Shown in pieces: positions 1 to 9,161 of a DNA stretch of 25,210 nt (the stretch's first letter is position 1; each line of letters begins with the position of its first letter). Location: contig DAIDJN010000015.1 in NCBI GenBank assembly GCA_027451365.1, forward strand, positions 1 to 25,210, in the 5' to 3' direction. Origin of the DNA: Phycisphaerales bacterium. Its GTDB lineage: Bacteria > Planctomycetota > Phycisphaerae > WQYP01. Made by a program: the position numbers and the translations under genes. The notes beneath the pieces were generated by a model that made no database searches, was not told where the DNA came from, and saw only the letters and a list, made by a program, of their open reading frames with translations.

Positions 1-437
1 GCCAGTTATCGCGGGATGCGACTTGCAGATTCAACGATTGCGATGAACAGCAAATTCGACGCCTGATTGCATATCTGCCGTCAAATAACCATCCCGGTTA
101 AATGCAGTTTTGGGGCCAATTCTCGCATTACGCACGAAGCGGGTCGCGTTGCCGTGCCGCGTCGTTGGCAATTTGCGACACGGGGTCCTGTCGACGGCTT
201 GATCGCCCGCGAGGCGCATGCAGCGTGTATTTCTTATGCGGAAAGAGAGCTGCAAGCCGCGTCTCCGACGGCAGAGTCGCACACTTTTGGCTATCTGCCG
301 CATGGAAAGCAAGCTGAAATTGGAAGCGGCCGTGTGACAAACCAAGCCCCCAGGTACAAGCGGCGTACCGCCGAAAGCCGCGAGCCAATGCGGCATCATC
401 TGAAAAAGTTACATTGCCGTTTTCCGGCGTGGGGGCA

Positions 438-1361
438 TCAGGCCAATCCCGCCGTTAGCATTTTGTGGAATGCGGACATGCGGGTCCTGATCGCATTTTT
501 ATCCGCCTTCTGCAGTCCAGCCAGTGAAAAGGCCTGAATCGTAAAACTGGCCGTGACAGTGCCAGCCAAGATGGACTGTTTGAAGGTGGCCGGGTTAAAT
601 TTGCCGCTGGCGGCGATATACCCCAGCATTCCACCGGCAAAACTGTCACCCGCCCCGGTGGGGTCAATCACTTTTTCGGTGGGAAATGCGGGCATGGCAA
701 AAAGGGAGTCGCCCCAAACGGCCAAGCACCCATGCTCGCCCTTTTTGAGGACGACCATGCGCGGTCCGGCGGGTTTAAGGAGTCGTCGAATTTTGTGCAG
801 CGCGGTTACCAAGTTTACTTCACCAGTGATGAGCCGGGCCTCCAGGTCGTTAAGCACCAGTCCGTCAATCTGTTTAAGACTTTTCAGAAATTCAGCTGTG
901 TAGCTTTTTATCCACAGGTCACGCGTATCGGATACGACCAGCTTGGGTTTTTTAATTTGAGAAAGCAACTGCATCTGCAAGGCCGGATGCGTGGCGGCCA
1001 GGAATACGACTTTGGAATCGACAAATGGCGCTGGAACCGTCGGCGTCTTTTCGCCCAGCACATTTATTTCCACGGCCGTGGTTGTGGCTTCATTCATGGT
1101 GGTGTCATAACGACCGGCCCAGCGGAACGTTTTGCTGCCAACGCGGCGTTCCAGACCGCGCGTGTCAATGTTTGGGTGGTCAAACGCGCGGTTCATACGT
1201 TTGGGAAAATCGTCGCCCACCACGGCCACCAGGCGCACCTTGCCAAACGCGGCGGCGGCCCAACTGAAGTATACGGCTGATCCTCCAATGACATCATTAA
1301 CTGACCCATGAGGCGTGGTGACAGTATCAATTCCAACGGATCCGGTTACAAGAAGTGACAT
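438..1361 (-). CDS. PfkB/ribokinase-family carbohydrate or nucleoside kinase
   Basis: N-terminal LLVTGSVGID and GGSAVY, central LNDLEA, C-terminal PfkB signature DPTGAGDSFAGG; AAGGA RBS upstream on the minus strand. Confidence 0.93.
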   Translation of the reverse strand: MSLLVTGSVGIDTVTTPHGSVNDVIGGSAVYFSWAAAAFGKVRLVAVVGDDFPKRMNRAFDHPNIDTRGLERRVGSKTFRWAGRYDTTMNEATTTAVEINVLGEKTPTVPAPFVDSKVVFLAATHPALQMQLLSQIKKPKLVVSDTRDLWIKSYTAEFLKSLKQIDGLVLNDLEARLITGEVNLVTALHKIRRLLKPAGPRMVVLKKGEHGCLAVWGDSLFAMPAFPTEKVIDPTGAGDSFAGGMLGYIAASGKFNPATFKQSILAGTVTASFTIQAFSLAGLQKADKNAIRTRMSAFHKMLTAGLA

Positions 1362-1460
1362 GGCAATCCTTAAATAAAGCTACCAATTCCAATCGGCTGG
1401 TGCGCGGTGCCGAATTCCGACCGCGGCGCTTAAGCGCAACAACATCGCCGGCCGATTAAT

Positions 1461-3428
1461 TTACACCAATTTACGATATTCCGCCGCCAGTTGGTGAAAA
1501 TAATGCAAGACATCATCCAAACGGGAGCGTTTGTTACGCCGCAGCCACATATCCCGATACAGCTTTTGCAGTTCCTTAATGTCCGATAGAAGCTGCCTTG
1601 CCATGGCACGATCTGCGGCATCCGGAGAATTGGGGACGGCTGGATTCAGTGGAAGCAACGCGATGCGCAGCTTCGTGCGGCAAAGTGTGTGCTCAATCAG
1701 GCGAACAGTCAAGTAAAGCTCATCCAGAGCGGGACTATCCACCAGTCGCAGTGGCGGAGGAAGTTGCGTGGCCTTGCGCGCCATCTGCCGCATTGCCGCC
1801 AGCGCTGTTATATGCCGACCGATTCGGCTGATTTCGCGGGCCAAAGCCGGTGGCTTCACCATTTGCAGAAATTCGGTTTTTTCCCATGGTTCACGAAACA
1901 GTTGCCAATCCAGTGAACTGTTGGGCAGTGGACTTTTGGAAATGCGCTGGTATACATTTCCCAAATCCGCGGAAATTTTTACCCATTGGCCTTGCGGATC
2001 AAGTGGCAAAATCCGGCCCAGAAGTTTACAAAATGCCGTATCCGGCTTTTGCTCAGCGTTCCATGCCACTGCTGCACCATAAGCCAGCGGCAACAGGCTT
2101 ACGGCGGGCAACTGCTGATGACCGTAATCTCCCCAGTCGGTCAGCAAAAGTCCTGAGGCCAAATGCCGCGTACCCGCGATGGCGGCGGCGCGGATATTTT
2201 TCAGTGCATTGTCGGTTCGGCCTCCGATGGATTGCCAAGTGGAGGTGCCGGGACATACATAAAACTTTCGGCCGCATTCGGCGAATAGTTTCCCATGGTC
2301 GTCAAACGGGTGGTCGGCGGCGTATCCCCATTCAAGCAGCACCGCATCGCGGGGCAGTTTAGCGATAAGCTCCGGATGGTTAAAAATAATATCACCCCAG
2401 AGCTGAATGGTTTTCCAGCGTTGCCGCGCCAGTTCGGCACAATAATTTACCCAGCGAATATACAAGCCACCGATTCGCTTTTTTTCGGCCAACGGGCTGA
2501 ACGGTCGCGCGCCCCTGCTTCTGGATCTTCCCAAACCCAAATCCCAGGATTCATCGCAACAGATGTTAAACTGGCCGGAGGTAAAATTCGGCAGATATTG
2601 GTTGTACATATCAGCAATTAAGGCTTTTGCGGCGGGATCCGTCGGACACAATGTCCATGGGTCCTGGCTCCAGGTTTTTATTCCCTGGCTGCGCAGTTGT
2701 TCCGGTTCCACTTCGGCCAAATGACGGTAACGCGGCAGGCGCAGAATTTTATCAAAATGCCCCAGCGATGTCAGCGATGGCACAAAATCAATGCCATTGC
2801 GCCGGCAGGCGCGGTCCACGGCTTTAATATCCGCAGCAGTCAGCGGTGTGGTATCGGCATACATGTCCGCATGATTTTTAAATTCAAACACATTTTCCAC
2901 ATACAACTGGAATTCGTTTATTTTCCACTCGGCCAGTCGTTCGACCATTGCCAGCAGTTCCGCCCGTTTAGGGACTTTGCCACGGGAAACATCAAGGTAA
3001 TAGCCACGGTGGAAAAAATTCGGCCAGTCGCGAATTGTCATCCTGGGCCAGCGATTCTGATTCCAACGGGCCAATTGACAAAGTGTTTGAACGGCACAAA
3101 GCAGGCCGTCGACATCGGTTGCCGACGCGCACGCGCCCGCCGCTGTAATATCTACTGTATAACCATGGTATTGCCCGGCGGCGGGATGATCACCGATATT
3201 CAGGCTGATTTGCGCAGAGACGGATGCACGTTTGGCCGGCCCGAAGACGACTGTCCAACCGCTTTTACGGGGGTTAAGAATTCGGCAGAGCTTTTTGGCG
3301 GCATGCAACACCGAAGTCCGGCCACGATCATCAGATTCCAGGAAAATAATTCCCCGGCGAGGAATGGCCCAATAGCCTTTTGACGGGCGAATGTGTTTTG
3401 GACACGGGAGCAAAGGAATATCACGCAT
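1461..3428 (-). CDS. Glycoside hydrolase family 20 (beta-N-acetylhexosaminidase-like), no signal peptide
   Basis: N-terminal GH20b-like domain (LLPCPK...AVQTLCQL), TIRDWPNFFHRGYYLDVSRG, VPSLTSLGH, catalytic DE pair in FNICCDES, QLWGD, LLTDWGDYGH. Confidence 0.88.
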   Translation of the reverse strand: MRDIPLLPCPKHIRPSKGYWAIPRRGIIFLESDDRGRTSVLHAAKKLCRILNPRKSGWTVVFGPAKRASVSAQISLNIGDHPAAGQYHGYTVDITAAGACASATDVDGLLCAVQTLCQLARWNQNRWPRMTIRDWPNFFHRGYYLDVSRGKVPKRAELLAMVERLAEWKINEFQLYVENVFEFKNHADMYADTTPLTAADIKAVDRACRRNGIDFVPSLTSLGHFDKILRLPRYRHLAEVEPEQLRSQGIKTWSQDPWTLCPTDPAAKALIADMYNQYLPNFTSGQFNICCDESWDLGLGRSRSRGARPFSPLAEKKRIGGLYIRWVNYCAELARQRWKTIQLWGDIIFNHPELIAKLPRDAVLLEWGYAADHPFDDHGKLFAECGRKFYVCPGTSTWQSIGGRTDNALKNIRAAAIAGTRHLASGLLLTDWGDYGHQQLPAVSLLPLAYGAAVAWNAEQKPDTAFCKLLGRILPLDPQGQWVKISADLGNVYQRISKSPLPNSSLDWQLFREPWEKTEFLQMVKPPALAREISRIGRHITALAAMRQMARKATQLPPPLRLVDSPALDELYLTVRLIEHTLCRTKLRIALLPLNPAVPNSPDAADRAMARQLLSDIKELQKLYRDMWLRRNKRSRLDDVLHYFHQLAAEYRKLV

Positions 3429-3586
3429 GGGTCACGGGCGGCAATCTTAATTGCAGGCGGGAGCCGATGCAAGGCGACGGGGCAACTTAATTTTTATGGT
3501 TGTGGTCTTATTTCCCCGGCGGAACGCCGCAGCGGGCGGCGCGCATTTTCTGATTTATTTTGAGGCGAGATACCGAGCGATACGGC

Positions 3587-4684
3587 CTAAGCGGCCGGTT
3601 CGATGTGGCTGTTAATTTCTGCCACAGCGGGGAGTCTCATACGAATTCTATTTTCAAGTTCGCTGACTGCGGCATGGGCCTTGGCTACGGAATCCACAGC
3701 GGGGAATTCGACATGGAAGCTCAGGTAAAGCCGCCCATCAATGTTAAATGCGTGCACTGCATGAATCTTCAGATTAAGGCTCTGTGCCAGCGAATAAACC
3801 ATGTCCACCGGCCCCTGATCGGCCGGGCCGGGTTCAACGTGCACAGTAATGTCAATTCCAGGATCGATTTCCGCAGCGGCCATTTCGACCAGCGTGGCGA
3901 TGCGATGGCCTTCCTGAATGGTCACCTGGGGGTCAACAAGAATGGTGACGTCGACAAACCGGCGGTTGCCAGCCTGCCGGGCACGCACACGTGGGACATC
4001 GGCGACCCCGATAACGCGGCGGAGAGCCTGCTGCAAACGGTCTTCCAGACCGGCTGGCGCGCGGTCCACCAGTACGTCGATCGCCTGACGACCCAGGCGA
4101 ACTCCCGCCAGGATCATGACGCACGCAACCACAATCGCTCCAATACTGTCGGCCAAAACAAAATGCGGACCGCCGAAGCGAACCAGCATAAGGCTGACCA
4201 GCACCACAGCGCTGCTAAGCAGGTCCATACTGAAATGAATACTGCTGGCGGCCAGTGCCTGACTGCCAAAGGTGCGCGCGGCCCAACTGAGTCGAAGACT
4301 GCGCCACCCGTCCACCCCCATGGAAACGCAGACGACGGCAATCGCCAACAGGCTGGCGTCGGGCGGATTTTTGTGGGCGGAGGTCAGTAAAGCTATCGCC
4401 CGCCAGCCGATCCAGATTGCGGCAAGCCCCAAGGTAATGCTTTCGGCAAAAGCGGAAAGATTTTCCACTTTCCCATGGCCGTAATTGTGGGTGGCATCCG
4501 CGGGGCGATCACTGATTTGTAATGAAATGAGGGTGATAAGAGTGGCCAGCGAATCCACGCCGCTGTGAATGGCATCGGAAAGCAGAGCCAGCGAACCGGT
4601 CATAATGCCTACCACGAGTTTCACTAGCGAAAGTGTGGCACTGGCCAAAAGAGAAAGCCGCGCAATGTGCGATTTTTGAGTCAT
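3587..4684 (-). CDS. Cation diffusion facilitator (FieF/MamM-like) with tandem C-terminal dimerisation domains
   Basis: GSLALLSDAIHSGVD, PADATHNYGHGKVENL, HFSMD in TM5; two CTD-like repeats ending ITVHVEP and INSHIEP. Confidence 0.92.
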   Translation of the reverse strand: MTQKSHIARLSLLASATLSLVKLVVGIMTGSLALLSDAIHSGVDSLATLITLISLQISDRPADATHNYGHGKVENLSAFAESITLGLAAIWIGWRAIALLTSAHKNPPDASLLAIAVVCVSMGVDGWRSLRLSWAARTFGSQALAASSIHFSMDLLSSAVVLVSLMLVRFGGPHFVLADSIGAIVVACVMILAGVRLGRQAIDVLVDRAPAGLEDRLQQALRRVIGVADVPRVRARQAGNRRFVDVTILVDPQVTIQEGHRIATLVEMAAAEIDPGIDITVHVEPGPADQGPVDMVYSLAQSLNLKIHAVHAFNIDGRLYLSFHVEFPAVDSVAKAHAAVSELENRIRMRLPAVAEINSHIEPAA

Positions 4685-4740
4685 CGCGCATTATCATACC
4701 AGCAGACGAGGCGTCCGTCCGCCAGGCGGCGTCCGGAGAA

Positions 4741-5217
4741 TCATGTGTGGATCGCAACCGGACAAAATCTTCCGCATTCGGAGTCGAGTTTCCATGCCAG
4801 CATCGAACCGAACGCATCAGCTCGTACGTGTAGAATTAGATAGATGTAAACCGGCCACGCCGCGGCAAGGTCCTCTGCACTGGGTACAGGCGGATGATCC
4901 GGATGCGAATGAAAGACTCCGATAATTTCCTGGTTGCGCTCGCGGCATTCGCGCTGAGTTTGAAGGAGGAATTTGGGATCAACCTGATACCTTCGCCGCT
5001 GATTATCACGCGGCGCAACATTTTCGGCGACAAGCATCGCGGCGATAGAAATCTGGGCATCCGTGGAAGCCGAACGGCTATCGGTCAAGCGACCTTGAGA
5101 ATCATGTCCAACAAAGTTATCAGATCCGGCCAGAAGCAGACCACAGGCCTCAAAAGGATAAGCCTTCCTGCCCAATTGGCAGCATTGGTCATAAATACCG
5201 CTAGGTAAAACAATCAT
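4741..5217 (-). CDS. JAB/MPN+ (M67, Mov34) metalloprotease, Mec+/CysO-peptidase-like
   Basis: YPFEACGLL (catalytic Glu) and JAMM motif FHSHPDHPPVPSAED. Start moved from 5265 to the ATG at 5217 (MIVLP) to match the usual family N-terminus. Confidence 0.9.
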   Translation of the reverse strand: MIVLPSGIYDQCCQLGRKAYPFEACGLLLAGSDNFVGHDSQGRLTDSRSASTDAQISIAAMLVAENVAPRDNQRRRYQVDPKFLLQTQRECRERNQEIIGVFHSHPDHPPVPSAEDLAAAWPVYIYLILHVRADAFGSMLAWKLDSECGRFCPVAIHT

Positions 5218-5284
5218 ATTGGCATAATAGCATAAAGGTGCGAAAGATTGATTTAGGGTTTGCATGATGGATAAAATTTAACCA

Positions 5285-5389
5285 GATTATCGGCGGATAA
5301 TCCGCGGAAAACTACTGCCGCCGCGACTCAACGCACAGAATAGGAATTAGTTGCTACAAAATTTGTTAGATTACTGCTATGATTCTGTG
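5285..5389. promoter_or_regulatory. Divergent promoter region with inverted repeats
   Basis: AT-rich gap between divergent genes; GATTATC-N4-GATAATC (5285-5302); CACAGAAT (5334-5341) and ATTCTGTG (5382-5389) enclosing an imperfect palindrome CTACAAAATTTGTTAG. Confidence 0.45.
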
Positions 5390-5427
5390 TGCCGCGGGCG
5401 CTTGATAGCAAAAGGATATTCGCTTTG

Positions 5428-6117
5428 ATGAATTTTCAATTAACCCTCCCTGAATCGCTTCAAGTATGGATCGACTTTGACGGAACGATTTCGCGTAAAG
5501 ATGTGCTGGACGAGTTGATCCGAACTTACGCCTTAAATGAATCGTGGCGGCTGATTGAGGAACGCTGGCTATCGGGACTCATTGGGTCACGGGAGTGTCT
5601 GGCGCAGGAGTTCTCGCTGATCCAGATTTCCCTTGCCGAACTAAACGAATTTCTGGACCGTGTGGAGTTGGATCCGGGCATCGGATCATTGCTGGCCCTG
5701 CTGCGGGCCAATAAAGTGCCGGTCGCAATTCTTTCAGATGGCGTGGAGAGATTTATCCGACGCATTCTGTTGCGGCACGGTATTCGCAATATAAATATTC
5801 GCGCCAATAAAATTTCCCATCGGGCGGGCCGACTGACGCTTTCATGTCCGCACGCAAGTTCAGAATGCGTGTCGGCGGCCGCGCACTGCAAATGTGCCAG
5901 CGCCAATGCGCTGCGGCATCCAGCCAGAAAAGCGATTTACGTTGGCGACGGCCGCAGCGATTTATGTCCGGCGCGCAGCGCGGATTGGGTTTTCGCCAAG
6001 GGTGTTCTGGCTAAAGCTCTGTCGCAGGAACACATTCCGTTTATTCCCTATGTCACTTTGCAGGATGTAACCGCAACGCTTTCGCGATCCTGGTCGGCAA
6101 AGGTGGCCGCTGTTTAA
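5428..6117 (+). CDS. MtnX-like HAD-IB family phosphatase
   Basis: Motif I DFDGT, motif II ILSDG, Cys-rich C...HCKC segment, motif IV YVGDGRSDLCPA, VFAK. ATG at 5428 is preceded by AAAGGA; the ORF track starts at 5389. Confidence 0.88.
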   Translation: MNFQLTLPESLQVWIDFDGTISRKDVLDELIRTYALNESWRLIEERWLSGLIGSRECLAQEFSLIQISLAELNEFLDRVELDPGIGSLLALLRANKVPVAILSDGVERFIRRILLRHGIRNINIRANKISHRAGRLTLSCPHASSECVSAAAHCKCASANALRHPARKAIYVGDGRSDLCPARSADWVFAKGVLAKALSQEHIPFIPYVTLQDVTATLSRSWSAKVAAV

Positions 6118-6209
6118 GCAATTGACCTGACGCGCTGGGCATGAATGATAACCACCTGGAATCGCCCGCGGAATAGGCGCGAAAGCCGGGCTGTTTTTGG
6201 AAGCATCCG

Positions 6210-7550
6210 ATGGAAGCAACCACAACCGGGTACAACATACGGTCACGGACTGCGGGAAAACCGCTGGCCTCCCCCCCGTGTCTGCCGCCGTTGGATCAGA
6301 CCCGGCAACTGCTGCAAAAGCTTATATCGTTTCAGTCGGTCAGCGGCGGTGAAGCTCCCATGGTGCGCTATTTGGCCCAATGGGCGATGGATCGGGGCTT
6401 TCTAGCCGATTGTTTTGAAACCGATGAGGCCACCCTGCCGGCGCACCCCTGCACAAAGGCCAAGCATATCCCGCTGGCTGGGCGTCCTTCACTGGTTATC
6501 CGACTGGCCGGAAGCGGCACCGGCCGAACGCTGTTGTTCAATGCGCACAGCGATGTGGTCGATGCCCCGAAACCGGAAACCTGGCAACACAGTCCGTGGG
6601 CTGGCGAACTGGAAAATGACCATCTGTACGGCCGCGGCGCCTGCGACACCAAAGGACCGCTGGTCAGCGCGCTTTTGGCCATGTGCGAATTAAAAAGTGC
6701 ATATCCCGACGGTTTGCCGGGCGATGTGCTTCTGGAAATTATTCCCGGCGAGGAAGATTGTGTCGGATTAGGAACACTTACCAGCGTTCACCGCGGCGTT
6801 GGCGCCGATGCGGTGATTATTCTTGAGCCGACTGAAAGTAAACCAAGATGTGCGTCGCGGGGCGGGCTTCGGTTTCGAATTACACTTCGCGGCAAAGCCG
6901 TGCATGGGACGGTCAAATGGCTGGGCCACGATGCGCTAACGGACATGAGATTGGCACTTGAGGCACTGGACGACATGCAGATTGCGTTCCAAAGCCTGCC
7001 TCACGATATCAGCCCTCATTCCCGAGATGCGTCGAAACTATTTGCAGGTTATCCATTTATGCGGCCGATTACGGTGGATCGCATTCAAGGTGGAAACTGG
7101 CAAGGCATGCTCATGGAAGAGGCAACGTGCGAAGGGTACTTCGAATTACTTCCGACTGACGACCTGCCCGACTGGCGGGAAATTTTTACCCGCGAATTGC
7201 AACGCAGACTGGCGACGCAAACCGGTGGCCGAGCAAATTGCCGCATTGGGTTTATTGAGGAATATGCGGGGCATTTGACCGATCCGGATGATGTTTTCTG
7301 CCACACCGTCAGTCAGGCGATGGGCGAGCAAGCCCCGGACTGGCAAGGATTTAACTCCGGTTGCGAGGCCGGCCTGCGATGGGGCCTGTTCGGCACGCCT
7401 ACTCTAGTCTGGGGTCCAGGTTCACTGGCCCAGGCGCATGGTGCAGATGAATATATCAATATCCAAGATGTCCGTAAGACCGCAATGGATATGGCCCAGG
7501 TGGCCGCGGCATGGACGAAGTTACCCACGCAAGACGGAAGAAAGAAGTGA
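6210..7550 (+). CDS. M20 family (ArgE/DapE-like) metallo-deacylase/peptidase
   Basis: LLFNAHSDVV, LYGRGACDTKG, GEED, ILEPT, GKAVHG, GPGSLAQAHGADEYI. Confidence 0.92.
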   Translation: MEATTTGYNIRSRTAGKPLASPPCLPPLDQTRQLLQKLISFQSVSGGEAPMVRYLAQWAMDRGFLADCFETDEATLPAHPCTKAKHIPLAGRPSLVIRLAGSGTGRTLLFNAHSDVVDAPKPETWQHSPWAGELENDHLYGRGACDTKGPLVSALLAMCELKSAYPDGLPGDVLLEIIPGEEDCVGLGTLTSVHRGVGADAVIILEPTESKPRCASRGGLRFRITLRGKAVHGTVKWLGHDALTDMRLALEALDDMQIAFQSLPHDISPHSRDASKLFAGYPFMRPITVDRIQGGNWQGMLMEEATCEGYFELLPTDDLPDWREIFTRELQRRLATQTGGRANCRIGFIEEYAGHLTDPDDVFCHTVSQAMGEQAPDWQGFNSGCEAGLRWGLFGTPTLVWGPGSLAQAHGADEYINIQDVRKTAMDMAQVAAAWTKLPTQDGRKK

Positions 7551-7555
7551 CGCAA

Positions 7556-8944
7556 ATGCCGAACACACTGACCCGCAAAACCACCCCCCCGCCGTCAGCG
7601 GAAACGGAAAATTTAGGCTTACCGGCGGAATTTTCCGCGCCGATTTCCCAGAAGTGGTTCGCCCGCGCGCAAAAAGTCCTGGCTGGTGGAATAAGCTCCT
7701 CGGCCCGGTCCACCACCACGGGTCCATTTCCTTTCCCACTGTATATTGCCCGCGGCCATGGGTCGCGCGTGTGGGATGCGGATGGCCATCAATTTATTGA
7801 CTACCTGCTAAGCTATGGCAGTGTCATTTTGGGCCATGCGGACGACGGGCTGGCGGCCGCCGCCACGGCGCAAATAGCCAATGGAACAATGTTCGGCACG
7901 TGCAATACCGTGGAAGTGGAACTGGCTGAACAGATTTCGGCCATGGTTCCGGGGGCGGAACTGGTTCGATTCGCCAATTCAGGTTCTGAGGCAATTTGTG
8001 GCGCAATCCGCGCAGCGCGCGGTTTTACCGGGCGCAATCGCATTGTAAAATTTGAGGGCCATTACCACGGATGGGTGGATGTGCTGGCCATCAGCAACCG
8101 GCCGGCACTGCCCGAAGCGGGGCCTCTTGAAAGCCCCCTGAGCCATCCGCATTCGCGCGGCATTCCCGGCGGAGTCGTGCAGGATGTCATTATCGCACCG
8201 TGGAATCATCGGGACGTTTTGCGGCGGATTTTTGACGCCCACGAAAAGGAATTGGCTGCAGTTATTATTGAGCCGCTGGTGGCGAATAACGCGTGCATCG
8301 GTCCGGAAGACGGATTTCTGGAATGGATTCGTGCCGAATGCACGCGCCGCGGGATACTGATGATTTATGATGAAATTGTCACGGGATTCCGCCTGGCGCG
8401 GGGTGGCGCGGCGCAGGCCTATGGCGTGGTTCCCGACCTGGCCATATTCAGCAAAGCAATCGGAGGGGGATTTCCAATCAGCGCGTTTGCCGGGCGCCGC
8501 GATATTATGGCACCAATTGCAGCCAATACGGTCAAGCATGGAGGCACATACAACGGAAATCCGTTATGTGCCGCGGCAGCGCTGGCGACACTTCGCCGCC
8601 TGAATCAGCCCGGTACGCTGGAGGCCATTGAGAACCATGGTCAAAGCCTGATGACGGCAATTGCAAAGGCAGCTTCCGACAACGGCATCCCCTGCGTGGT
8701 GCAGGGTGCGGGTACCATGTTTCAGGTAATATTCAATAAAGACGGCAAACCGCTTCGGCATTACCGGGATTTGCTTTCCGCTGATACCGCGAGATACAAC
8801 GTCTTCCGGCATGCGCTTTTGCGCCGTGGCGTACATATTAACAGTTCCGGATCGGCGTGCTGGTTCGTAAGCGCGGCCCATACCGGAACGGACCTGGCCA
8901 TCACAACCGCCGCTATTTATAACGCCATGGCCGAGGTCCGGTAG
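7556..8944 (+). CDS. Class III PLP aminotransferase, glutamate-1-semialdehyde aminomutase-like (probably not bona fide HemL)
   Basis: GSRVWDADGHQFIDY, RFANSGSEA, KFEGHYHG, IYDEIVTGFR, PLP lysine in FSKAIGGGFP, HGGTYNGNP. ATG at 7556 follows the M20 stop by 5 nt. Confidence 0.9.
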   Translation: MPNTLTRKTTPPPSAETENLGLPAEFSAPISQKWFARAQKVLAGGISSSARSTTTGPFPFPLYIARGHGSRVWDADGHQFIDYLLSYGSVILGHADDGLAAAATAQIANGTMFGTCNTVEVELAEQISAMVPGAELVRFANSGSEAICGAIRAARGFTGRNRIVKFEGHYHGWVDVLAISNRPALPEAGPLESPLSHPHSRGIPGGVVQDVIIAPWNHRDVLRRIFDAHEKELAAVIIEPLVANNACIGPEDGFLEWIRAECTRRGILMIYDEIVTGFRLARGGAAQAYGVVPDLAIFSKAIGGGFPISAFAGRRDIMAPIAANTVKHGGTYNGNPLCAAAALATLRRLNQPGTLEAIENHGQSLMTAIAKAASDNGIPCVVQGAGTMFQVIFNKDGKPLRHYRDLLSADTARYNVFRHALLRRGVHINSSGSACWFVSAAHTGTDLAITTAAIYNAMAEVR

Positions 8945-9161
8945 GTGGAAAAATCGCAGCCATTGCGGCCGGGCCAATGGCGCAGGACTCGCATGACCGA
9001 GCCTGATAGAATAGTGTCAGCCGGTCAGCGCCAGCGCTAAAAGCAGAAAACGAAGAAAGAAAAAGAAATATGCCTGAGCAGGGTGTTTTAAAATTAAGTC
9101 GCCGCCGCAACGGGCGGATTGCCATCACCGGATACGGCTTATGGACGGGGAGATTCAGCCG

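Noticed and set aside
3..101. Open + strand frame at the window start (QLSRDATCRFNDCDEQQIRRLIAYLPSNNHPG*), possibly a gene 3' end
   Set aside because: Too short, with no recognisable motif; cannot be supported without upstream sequence.
31..537. ORFs 31..399(-), 67..537(+), 102..317(+), 128..388(-)
   Set aside because: Mutually overlapping, no family motifs, and one overlaps pfkB antisense; likely spurious.
3490..3502. ATTTTTATGGTTG shared with 22320-22332, both upstream of glycoside hydrolase genes
   Set aside because: Low-complexity 13-mer in opposite orientation relative to the two genes; chance is not excluded.
3560..4390. 276-aa + strand ORF
   Set aside because: Antisense shadow of the CDF gene.
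4741..5217. JAB protein as part of a CBASS/Bil-type anti-phage ubiquitin-like system
   Set aside because: No CD-NTase, E1/E2 or Ubl genes nearby, and the sequence looks like the housekeeping Mec+-type family.
5428..6117. Calling the HAD gene mtnX (methionine salvage)
   Set aside because: No mtnW/mtnB/mtnD neighbours; only family-level similarity is supportable.
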